This document shows positions 12,824 through 23,958 of a stretch of DNA of 64,000 nucleotides, in pieces (within the stretch, counting starts at the first letter, position 1; each line of letters begins with the position of its first letter). The translations under genes were made by a program, and so were the position numbers. This stretch comes from Octopus vulgaris (lineage: Eukaryota), in the NCBI GenBank assembly GCA_951406725.2, contig OX597816.1:126790001-126854000 (forward strand). The letters are read 5' to 3'. The notes beneath the pieces were generated by a model. That model was not told where the DNA came from, ran no database searches, and was given only the letters and a program-made list of their open reading frames with translations.

Positions 12824-14303
12824 TTAGAATGACAAATTTATAATCAGTAATGGTTGAAGTTAATATGAAAGGGGTGTATACATTTGCAATTGGGAGAAAT
12901 AGTGTTTCTATTATATTGTCTTATTGCTATTTAACACCCCCCACACACACACATATACATTATATAAACCAGTTGAAAACCACCTGGAGGTGATATTACT
13001 ATGTAATAAGTGGACTCTCTTTGCATTATATTTGCATGTGTCCACTTCTAAATAAATAATGATGGCTTGTTATTACTTTCACTTGAATTGAAACATCTTC
13101 ATTTATAATTATTGATATAAATATTTTTCCCCTGTTGAAATGTCTTTTAGCATGCTGATTGTGCATATTTTTTTTTTTTTTTGTTTTTGGGTTTATTTGA
13201 GGCTCCATTTTTAATTGTGCTACAGTGAACAGATACCTTTGCCTGCAATAAAGATATATTCCCATATGTAAATAAATAGATGAATAATGCTTGTATTCAG
13301 CTTTTACAATATCACTATGATTTGTGGATAGCACTGTTAGAATAAGCTGTATAGGAAATACAATTAGTATTACTTCATAGATAAAGCTCTATGAATTTGA
13401 AATATAAATTCAGTCAAAAGAAAATGTGCATAATAATTTTATATGAAGAACTTTTGAAGACTATAAACAAATAAATGTCCTTTGTTGATAGTCAAAGACA
13501 CATGATTGTAGGATTAAGAGTTAACAAACAGTAACTTGAAATTAGGATGTGAATGCTAATATATAAGGCTGAAAGATCAGAAAAGAAATAAAAAAATATT
13601 GGCTGAGGTATAGTGTAGTGATGCAAAACCCTTTAGCTCATGTGAACATAAAAAAATTACCAACACATCCTGAATGATTATAATTTCTCTAGAAATATTA
13701 TGGCCAGTTTTAATTTAGATTAAGAAATTCTTCATTCTTTTTGCATGTATTCAATTTAAAATTATTCATGTTAAAAACCTTAGATTTGTATATGAACTGG
13801 AAATTGTAAGTTTAAAATATTTGTTCTTCCATGTGAGCACTTAAGCAAGTTTGTCTTATTTGGACACAAGCCTTGATTGCTGACTAGGTTAACTGTCATA
13901 AATAACATGGTGCCAGCTACTAGTGAAAAAGAATTACAAGTTATATGTCTTTATATAAAATGATGTAAAAAAATGTATTAAAGTAGAATATTATAAGAAG
14001 AAATAAAATAATTTTTTGTTGCATATAAGTTGTTTAATTTTTTGTTGCCTATAAGTTGTTTAATTTTTCGTTGAAACATTGCATGTTACTAATTGCAATT
14101 TTAAAATTTTGCATGCATTTCTTATAAAAAAAGTAAATAAACTGGAAAAAATAATAAAGAAAAAATATGAAAAAAACTTGTATTCAAGAAGGAAAAATTT
14201 AGAATGACAAATCTATAATCAGTAATGGTTGAAGTTAATACAAAGAGGTGTATATATTTGCAATTGGGAGAAATGTTGTTTCTATTATACTATCTTATTA
14301 CTA
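12824..14303 (+). repeat. ~105-bp direct repeat pair (12824-12929 and 14199-14303)
   Basis: ttagaatgacaaat(t/c)tataatcagtaatggttgaagttaata...tttgcaattgggagaaat...tttctattata present twice with scattered substitutions. Confidence 0.9.
14014..14073. repeat. 26-bp tandem repeat x2.3
   Basis: ttttgttgc(a/c)tataagttgtttaatt repeated. Confidence 0.85.
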
Positions 14304-16527
14304 CGCACAAATGTTTCTATTTATTCATGTCTTTCAGTGTTTTCTCAATTTATCCATCAATCTAAACTGATACTATGGTTAAATATCTTTCTATGTTATA
14401 ATTATGTGCATGCTATTTCCTGGAATTACTTTAAATCTTTCATTGTCTTAATATTTGAATTGAACCCTAAGATTCATAATACTCATATGTAGCTTCAAAT
14501 CCAGATGCATTAAGCAAATAAGAGATAAATATTCTCACTAGTTAAGATATCAGTTTTTCACAAGTAACATTCACAAACTTGTTACCTATTCATGGAATTT
14601 GTATTTCCTTTACACTTTTCATTTCTTTTCACTTTCAACACTAAGAAACTACCTATCAGTTATATTCAGAATGAATCAATTAAATATGAGGGGGCAGTTT
14701 TTATTTTAAATCATGAAGAGACTATATTTATATATAAATATATTATGACATTTTTTCAGAACTGGAGAATTGTCTAAGTTCTGTTATTTATTTTCATTGT
14801 AAATTCTTTGCATAACTATTCAATTTATACTTTTGATATCTTTATGTATACAATAAACAAAAATTTAGTCGATTATCAGCTTTTGTTTTGCTGTGTAGAT
14901 GGAATCTGCTTCATATTTAGTAGAAATACTTGTTTGGAATTACATAGACATATAAAATGTTTAACATTTCTATTTGTTGTTCTTTGTTGTCTCCTTCCTT
15001 CTTTTCTTGATTGATGAGGGTCAGCTATAAATGTTGAGCTTTGGTTTAAGCAAGCAATAGTTTGAATTGTCCTTCAAAGAGCAATTGTATTACATTCAAA
15101 ATATATAATTCTCTATAAACATGATATTAATAATATTAAATATAGTTTTAGTTTATTTCATTATTTTTTTGCTTCTTATACAGAAGTTCTTGTCTGTTTT
15201 GACAGCAGATGTCAATCGTTTTCAGAGGTACCTTACACAATTTATGTTTCATAAAGATAAATAGACATCTTATTTGTATTGCTATTCAAAATAACATCTC
15301 TCTCATTTTTGTTTGTTTGTTTTCATTCATTCTTTCAGTGATATTGTCAGATTTTCCTGGCATACTCTGTTTCTATTTGATGCTTTCTTTTAGCTTGCAA
15401 TCCAATTTTTTTTTTATTGTTATGCATATTTTATGGAATCACAGACTGGCAAAAAACATTCAGGGCATACAGGTTTGCTTTGATAGATAGTTCTAGCATT
15501 ACCATATTTGTTAATTTCTGTTGTTAGATTATAACGTTCTCCAATACTTTCATTTTCCATTGCTGTTGGTTAGTTAATTATTTTTATATAAGAAGCAATT
15601 TTCTTCACAAAGCTCACTAAGGAACTGGAACACTTCTTGTCTGCCATTGTTGAACTGCATTATAGAGGATTTCAGCTTCATCAAAAAATATAAGTGTCTT
15701 ATGCAAAAGGATTTCAGGTTTTTGAATAATTATGATAGTTGCTTATAGTAATGTTTAAATGAATGGTAGATTGATTTTATTCATTGTAATTTTGTTTTAT
15801 TTTTATTTTTGTCCATATGCTCATCAGATTGTTTGCATCCATCCCTGAATACTTATTTGTTGATATAATATAAAATTTACTTAATATGTTTTTATAAAAA
15901 TTCATGAAAATATTAATCTGGCTCAGAAAATTTTGTCAATTATTTAATTTGTTATGGCTGCAGCTTGCCTGTGCAACATATTCCGTGTGACTGCATTGCA
16001 GACATATTTGTTATGTGAAATAACTAGATAACTAATAATTTAGCTGAATACTTATAAAAATAAACACCTTTACAAAACTGCCAATTTAAAGTTGAAAATC
16101 ATACTTTCAGTATAATTTAAAGTACATATTAACAAAGTAGTGTTTATGATTTCATTTGGCTTTCATTTTTATCCACTTAATTATGATACATTCTTAATCA
16201 ATCTTGTTCTTTCAAAAATGTTTTCTATAATGCTATTATATTTCCTTTACATAATCAATTTTTGTTTTCATTAGTCTTAAAAACAATTATGTTACTCTTT
16301 CTATCCATGAAATGCTTCTACATGGATACAATTCATTGGCTGCTTTTAGCTGAATCACTAACTTATGAGCATAAAGCCAAAAATTTAAGTCAAACAGGAA
16401 GAATCAAATACAAACACGAAGATGCACACATATGCACAAACATAATACTCATACATATATCCATGTATGCACACCCACACTCACACACATGCACAGTGCA
16501 CACACACATACATACACATGCACATAC

Positions 16528-16900
16528 TCATCACCCTCATCTTTTAACATCTGTTTCCCATGCTGGCATGGGTTTAACAGGAGCTGGTAAGGCGGGAAGA
16601 TGTTCCAGGTTCCAGTGTCCATTTTGGCCTGATTTCTACAACTGGATGCTCTTCCTAATGTCAACCACTTTACAGAGTGTACTAGGTGCTTTTTATATGG
16701 CATCAGCACCAGTGTTTTTTACATGGCACTAACACTCTCAGGGTCACCAAGTAACTTGCAAGACAAAAACCCTCATCTGGGAGGGGAAAGTATTATTGAG
16801 AGTGTATGGCTTTGTGCCAGTTGAGAAATATATGGTATAAAAATGGGACAGATATAGGTGTCTTGCTGAACAGTAGTTATATGGTTATCCCTGTTGGAAA
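16528..16900 (-). mobile_element. SINE-like element family C (ttaggaagggcatccag core, (GAT)n tail), older copy
   Basis: Reverse complement of the 24283-24453 type sequence. Confidence 0.8.
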
Positions 16901-17328
16901 ACAAAGGAGAGTGAGTTAGAGAGTAAGATAAAGAGAGTGAGAGGGAGATGATGGTGAACATGTGTCAGGACATTCCTTTTAGGGACATTGAAGGTGGTGG
17001 GAGTAGGTGCAGTGATACAGCTGTTTGGGCTTGGTGAGTGGGTAATGTAGTGATTGTAGCAAATAATGGAGAGAAATATAGGAGAGGCTCAGGACTGGGT
17101 GGGGTGTGCAGTGAGGGCATTGAAGGTAAGTGAGGTGTTGATGATGGATAGCAGTACCAGAAGGGGAAAGAAGATGTGGAAAGGAGGTGATTGGTGGACA
17201 TAAAGGAATTTCTAAAGTAAATCCAGTGGCATATACCTCCATACGGCTTTTGACATCAGGTAGTTGAATACTGTGAATGGGCTTTTAACAGCATACTACA
17301 AGATCCATATGCCTGAATATAAAATTAT

Positions 17329-17331
<3 letters not shown>

Positions 17332-17374
<43 letters not shown>

Positions 17375-17451
17375 CATACACATATATACATATAAACACA
17401 TACACATAGATCTACTCACACACATATGCATGTACCCACACCCTTGCATAC

Positions 17452-17484
<33 letters not shown>
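17332..17484. repeat. (TA)n/(CA)n compound microsatellite
   Basis: Directly visible. Confidence 0.95.
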
Positions 17485-20229
17485 TTAGTTATATCTCTTT
17501 AGTCTGCCACATGATATTTCTGATATTTTATTACACATAATCTTAAGTTACATTAAGTTATATAAAAATCATTTCATGATATTTTTTTATCATTCCGCAT
17601 TTAACATATTTTTCATTTCTGGAATTCTCAATGTTACCATAATTTTGAAAAGTCCTTTCATATTAATTTTAGTACCACATGTTAATGAAAAATTGGTTAA
17701 AATTTTTGATTATAAACTCTAAATTAAATTAGATGCTTTAAAAACTTGAATCTAAGATAGATTCTTAGGCGCTCAGAGCAGCCTAAGATTGACAAAGGCG
17801 CTTATTAACTGTAGTGGTTTAATGTACATTTTTCTACCTTGGGTACATGGAGGTTCAAGGAGGCCTTGTAAAGAATCATAGGTACCAGCTTCCCTCTTGA
17901 CTGAAGATATTAATAATTCAATATTTAAAGGTTGCACATTCTTTTTAAGTCCAAGAATCCCTCCACACTACTTAATTCCAGATCCAAAATTTTTAGCATA
18001 TGCAAGCACTTGTACAAGCTTTTTTTGTCAAACTGGAGGTTACCACCTGCTCACAGACTTTAGCCTTTTTTCTGTAACATTCTTCAACAGCTACATTATG
18101 GTTTCTACATTCAAAGAAGATGAAGATCTTGGTTTTCTTACTTTTCTTTTCTCTCTTTTTATTCCACTTTTTGCATCAACCTTCTAAGCAATTTTTCCTT
18201 CTCATGAGCAGGCTGTTCCGTTGATCAGATCATCTGGAACCCTCATCGTCATAACCGACAGAGTGCCAGTAATATAAAACGATTGTACTGCATTACCTTT
18301 GGATATCCTTGTTGCTTATTTTGATATATATTTATAGGGTTGGGGTTCTTAATGGCATGTTATCTGTCAAAAATGTTGTGTTTAATGTAATTTTTGTTTT
18401 TATATTATTTATATTTACACATGTTGCTGGTGGTGTATTGTTTACAGTAAAACGTTTATATCTTATCCTATTTATCATCATGTATTTACTAATGAAGGCG
18501 CAAGTATAGCTGCATGGATAAGAAGTTCATTTTGCAGAGCCACATAATTTTGTATAGTCATGATGCGTTTCTTTGAAATTTTTATAAGATAGCCAGGGTT
18601 TTGTTTTCTGAGCACCATCAATCTATCATGTATTAATCAAACTTATTCAGCCAAAATAACTGTAATGATTACAATTATAATTAAAACAGATATCAACGTT
18701 ATAGCCCTTATTTGCTTGATGTTATTGGTAACACATGAGAATGTTTAAACACTGAAACAATACCAATACAGAGATCTTTTAGAAATGATGTTACAGCTGT
18801 CCAAAATCTTCAAGTATAACCCCAAATGGATAATTAATTAGTTATAAATGTAGAAAAATTATTCTTTGGAAGATATCCTTAGAGAATAAAAAGTAGCAGC
18901 TAAAATGACCTCTAATTAAAACTAAAAGTTCTCTAAATCTCTTTTGCTGAATATCTTAATCATCTTATTGCACAATGAAAAATGTGATTTAAATCTCATT
19001 TGCTAAATAAAATAAAAGTAACTCAAGGTCATGTAAGAATTGAGTAAATTATAAATTAATATTTTTCTCAGGTTATACTATCTCTTGCTAAAAAGATGTA
19101 GAAACTTGTTATATAACTTTGATAAGCAAGTTATATAACTATAGAATAGTTCAATTCAAATTTGTTCAGAAAGTTGAAATTAGTATTTCTGTGCCTATGA
19201 GTTGCAAGGTAATGTAAAGTTTAGTAATATTTGTTTAGATTTTTAGTTTCCTTATGAGTAGATAATATGAAGAATATTTGGAGTTTCCAAATACAAGCTG
19301 ACAATTCCAAACTGACAAGTACATAACAAACTGAATGACAAATGTATTGCAATTATCATTGACATACAGACAGCAAATGATTTTATGATGTAAAGATAAG
19401 GCAAAATACTGATTTGGCTTTCAAAGTATAATCCTTGTATTCTAAAGGTGATTGCTGACTACCATAGAAACAATGGTGCTGAAATGCTTTTGTCAGAACT
19501 GATATGATTATTCACAAGTGCATAAAACTCCTGTAACAAAAGAAGACATGCACAAATGTCTCTATAGTTGCTAATCATGTGGAACTTTATATAACTGACA
19601 TACATGAATTGAAGTAACTTGACTATACGAAACACTGTTATATTTGATTATGAAACAATTATTTACAATGAAGATCAAAAATTCTGGTTGTGTGTAACTG
19701 GATTAAGTTGTAGCAAAGTAAATAACTCCTTCTTATTATAAATAGACTAAGTTGAGATATCTTCCTTGTACTAATAACAGAAATATGTAAATGTAAATTT
19801 GAGACCTAAATATAACAAATATCTAGCTGATAAAATAAATGATGGAATCATAGCTCATACAAGTTATAATACTATTTAATTGTAACTGAGTTAATTTAAT
19901 TGAAATGATGTCCTTAAGATGATAGACGTTAAGTAAAAAATTTTTTAAATATATGCCTTTAACCAGTTGAAAATTCTTTAAAAATGAAATATCTCACTTC
20001 CAGGTTGAAGTTGTGAGTTTAAATGTTTTAATATACTGACTTGGAAGCAAAGATTTACTGTGACATTGCCAAGTTTTAAACTAAAGTTTATAGAAGGAAG
20101 GAAATGCAAGTGAGTATTCCATGAAATAGCTGTATGCTGATCTATTGAGTTATAATATAGTACTATAGCTTATCATTTTTTTAGCATGTATTTAATGAAG
20201 TGGTAGCATTCACTGAACATCTCTGATCT

Positions 20230-20605
20230 GGGACTTCAGTTCTCTGGGATTTAATATGTCACTGCATAGTGCCAAACATCCCAATATTTTCTTCAAGATA
20301 CAAGACCAGATACTGTAACAGCTTGGGTTTTGAGGGCCAACAGCTCTTCAGTATCTTCCCCAAAATCCTATGAGACCTACATTGGGTGAATGCAAGTGTC
20401 TTCAAAGCAAAACTTGGTCTCCTCCTGTCAAGAATTCTGGATGAATCTAGCTCACAGATGGAAATGCAAAGAGGAGAGCAGCATCAAACTCCTTCATTCA
20501 CCAAATATTGCATATCAGAGGAGGTTTCAAGGAATGAAACCATAATAAAACTAAGGTGGTGCCCCAGCATAGCTGCAGCTCTCATGCTGCAAATTGTAAA
20601 ATAAT
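20230..20605 (+). mobile_element. 3' end of a CR1-like LINE (decayed ORF2 C-terminus + 3' tail)
   Basis: Translates TRYCNSLGF/GQQLFSIFPK...DLHWVNASVFKAKLGLLLSRILDES; ends ggtggtgccccagcatagctgcagctctcatgctgcaaattgtaaaataa. Confidence 0.75.
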
Positions 20606-21182
20606 TACAGAAGAATAAAAGAACTCAGTATATTTATTAAGGTTCATATATGTATGAGGTCCTCAGCTGTGCATAATCCACAGATATTTGTTTCAATTTT
20701 GTGTGGTTTGCATCTACCAAGTACATTCCACGTTTTGTTGAATGCAGTAATACAATCTGTAATGGTCCAGACATATTTAAACAGTATGGTTGTCTTTTTA
20801 TTTCTGTGCTCCTGAAGGAAATAGTTTTGATTGAAATAATTTTGTTTGAATTTAATTACTAAGTATTAGTCTGGTTGAAATTACTACTGATTCATTACTG
20901 ACAGTTTCAATGTTGTATGACAGATTAAGGCAGCACACATTTGTCTTTCTGAAAGTACAGTTTGCCTGGCTTGTTCTAGCCATTAAGTTTAATTTTTCAG
21001 ATAGCTTGAGCAGCTGTAGCTGAGTTTTAAGTTATTTCTTTGACAATATTTTTTCATACAAAGTGTGGCATGAGATATAATTGATGTGGGTTTCTTTCAT
21101 TCATCTCATGATATTTTCAAAAAAATATTCTGTAGTTTGTGGTTTGATATTATGAAGTACAATCAATAAGGTGTTTACTATA

Positions 21183-21213
<31 letters not shown>

Positions 21214-21518
21214 AACCTACAAAACTTTCAGCTAGTATATATTGATCACTTTAGTGTTATACAGGAAAAAAAATAGCACCCAGCTAACCATGTTGTTTAC
21301 AACACATATATTTTGTGAGAATGCGTGTAGTCAATTATCATTTTCGGTTCTTTGGTGGTATATATTTTTTGATTCCCAAAAATAAAAGTAAAAAGTGGAG
21401 CAGAAAATATGAAGAGATGTCACTAAATATTTCTTAGTATTTCGTTTCTTGTCCAATCAATTCTGCCAGGCATCTCTCCCACTTCCTTCTGTTGCCCTCT
21501 GTCTCTTGTCTTGCTGTA

Positions 21519-21574
21519 TACATGCATGCATACATACATACAAACATGCATACATACATACATGCATACATACA

Positions 21575-21605
<31 letters not shown>
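21519..21605. repeat. (CATA)n microsatellite
   Basis: Directly visible. Confidence 0.97.
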
Positions 21606-21606
<1 letters not shown>

Positions 21607-22094
21607 ATGTATTTATTTACTGCTTTCATTTACAATCACAGTCAATCATATTGATCCCAGATCTTTATTTCAGTTACTGGTAATTAATTTATCGATTTCT
21701 ATTTGTCAAACTGCAGGGTACAATTTATAAAGAAACACATCATACAAAACACTGATATTTAGATTAGTTTAAACATAAAATAGTCACCAACATAGACACA
21801 TACATGCACGTGCACATAAAAGTTTGTGTGGGTGTATGCATGTATGTGTTTGTATATATACACATTTAAAACAAGTTGCAAATGATTAAAGCAGTTCAGG
21901 TTTCTCTGCACTCTTTACTAATCATAAAGTCAGAAGAATAATAGAAGTTATAGATATATTTCCATTAAAAACGATGCAGTGTTTTTGTTCAAACGTAGAT
22001 ATAATGGTTACAAAAATAAAATTATTGCTATTCAACATTCCAGATGATAGACAAAAATTTGATGAGATTTTTTTCCTTTGACTGAACAGAATGA

Positions 22095-22420
22095 TACATT
22101 CTCATCTCTGTGGTGATTCCTGATGAGCTGGGGGCTTTCCCTGTCTTCTTATTCTTAATTGCTTTATCTACCAAGGTACTGTCAATTTGGATAGCTGGTC
22201 CCTTTGGCGGGTCGACATTCAGCAGACTCTCTTTCTCCTATTCATTCTCTTTATTGAGTAGCCTTTCATAGTGGCATCTCCAAACCTCTCTCTTTGCAAC
22301 CTCATTAAATGCAAGTGAACCATCATCCATGAGGACACATTTCTCTCCTCTGACATCATGATTCTCTCTCACACACTGTCTTGCAACACGAAATACCTCA
22401 AGTCTTTTGTCCTCATGGTG
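22095..22420 (-). mobile_element. RTE-clade LINE ORF fragment (region upstream of RT)
   Basis: EVFRVARQCVRENHDVRGEKCV...WRCHYERLLNKENE*...VDKAIKNKKTGKAPSSSGITTEM, matching the RTE W..HY..LLN and K.GKAPG.SG...EM motifs. Confidence 0.85.
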
Positions 22421-22587
22421 CAAAACATATCTATAAATACGCATAATACATATCTATAAATACACATAACACTTAACCCAATCCCCTAGCCCTTTCTCAT
22501 TTCACCACCTTTTTTCACAGTAACCACTGACCAGTTATGCTAATCTACTTCCTGCTATAGAGAGCAGTCACCATTTTCCTTTCCATA

Positions 22588-22684
22588 TCAGCTAACTCTG
22601 ATGAGCATAAAGTTATATAATTGGATTGTTGCCTAACACACTATTGTATTCTTTATGCGAAACCAGTTGGTAAGATCAGCTGTG
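22588..22684 (+). ncRNA. Type I hammerhead ribozyme motif (long stem II loop)
   Basis: CTGATGA 22598-22604; stem II gcataaag/ctttatgc (8 bp perfect); GAAA 22659-22662; stem III acc-agtt-ggt; GUA triplet ending 22672; imperfect stem I cagctaact/agatcagctg. Confidence 0.8.
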
Positions 22685-22699
22685 ATTAATATTTAATAC

Positions 22700-23460
22700 T
22701 ATACTTTTCGGATAATATACCCGCTCCACTGACAGATATACGAGTACACCTTTTCCCTGGCTTATGGTCTCCTCCCTTCCCCCTCTCTCTTCATCGTCAC
22801 CCCTCCCTCATAACTCCACCTCTACACAATCCAAACCCACCTTCCCCATCCATCCAACCCCACCTTCCCCATCCATCCAACCCCGCATTCCCCATCCATC
22901 CCATCCCACCCCACCTCATCCCTTACACCCACTCCCATACCCCACCTCTACCCCACCCTTGCTTTCCTCACTCTCACCCCCCAACATCCCATCACTATCA
23001 CACCACACCACACACCACTACAATATACACCACCATACAACACTACATCATATCACACCACCATGCACACACTAGCTCTGACAACTTCCCAGCTCACATC
23101 CACACACCTACACATATACACATACACACATCGATGTCACCAGCTCTCTTCCACATGCACATACATGCTCTCTTATACACACGTACATGCACTTTCATTT
23201 TGGGATCACCAATACTTTATTATATCCCCTTCTTCCTAGCTCTCCTGTGTGACCCCTCTGTCCAGCCTTCACCATGATAGATCACTAGCCACTACACATT
23301 TTTTATTTTCTCTCCTTCTTTCTTTCTGTGTTCCTTCCTGTGGAAGAGCATAGGCTCGAAACGTTAAAGACTTTTTTTTATTTCCTGAGCGTTATACTAA
23401 TACATCTGTTTGTTGTCTACACCACCTGTCTTCATCTTTTGTTTTTTGTGAATTCTCCCT
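22700..23460 (+). mobile_element. Non-autonomous Penelope-like/retrozyme-like repeat with C-rich low-complexity body and variant hammerhead-like motif at 23333-23371
   Basis: ccttc CTGTGGAA gagc-atag-gctc GAAA cgtt aaag; second copy reversed at 10725-10875; followed by (TA)n. Confidence 0.5.
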
Positions 23461-23480
23461 GTATATATGTAGTTAAGGCT

Positions 23481-23481
<1 letters not shown>

Positions 23482-23546
<65 letters not shown>

Positions 23547-23655
23547 CACATATATATATACGTACATATATACGTATACATATATTTACGCACACATGTA
23601 TATACATATATATATACATTTATGTATGTGTGGATGTGTATATGGATATATATAT

Positions 23656-23693
<38 letters not shown>
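23482..23693. repeat. (TA)n/(CA)n-rich microsatellite field
   Basis: Directly visible. Confidence 0.95.
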
Positions 23694-23696
<3 letters not shown>

Positions 23697-23786
23697 GGAG
23701 TAAACACATAAATGTGAAACAAGGTGGAAAAAAAGAGTACTCAAATACCAGTAATATGCTTTATTTAAAGCAGCAGAAAATTCAAC

Positions 23787-23834
23787 AAAATCTGTTACTC
23801 TGAGTTTCTCGTTGCCGTTCATCAGACAGTTTTT
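23787..23834 (-). ncRNA. Minimal type I hammerhead ribozyme motif (left arm)
   Basis: Exact mirror copy of 23848-23895. Confidence 0.75.
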
Positions 23835-23847
23835 GTTAGATTCTAAC

Positions 23848-23895
23848 AAAAACTGTCTGATGAACGGCAACGAGAAACTCAGAGTAACAGATTTT
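23848..23895 (+). ncRNA. Minimal type I hammerhead ribozyme motif (right arm)
   Basis: Stem I ctgt/acag (extendable); CTGATGA 23857-23863; short stem II a-cg-gcaa-cg-a; GAAA 23874-23877; self-complementary stem III actc-a-gagt; GUA ending 23886. Confidence 0.75.
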
Positions 23896-23923
23896 GTTGA
23901 ATTTTCTGCTGCTTTAAATAAAG

Positions 23924-23954
<31 letters not shown>

Positions 23955-23958
<4 letters not shown>

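Larger units (their letters stand above)
23759..23923. repeat. Perfect palindrome, 82-bp arms, 1-nt spacer at 23841 (inverted Penelope-like terminal repeat)
   Basis: 23759-23840 is the exact reverse complement of 23842-23923. Confidence 0.97.

Noticed and set aside
22121-22128. CTGATGAG as hammerhead core
   Set aside because: No stem II or GAAA; lies in the antisense of the RTE GKAP motif.
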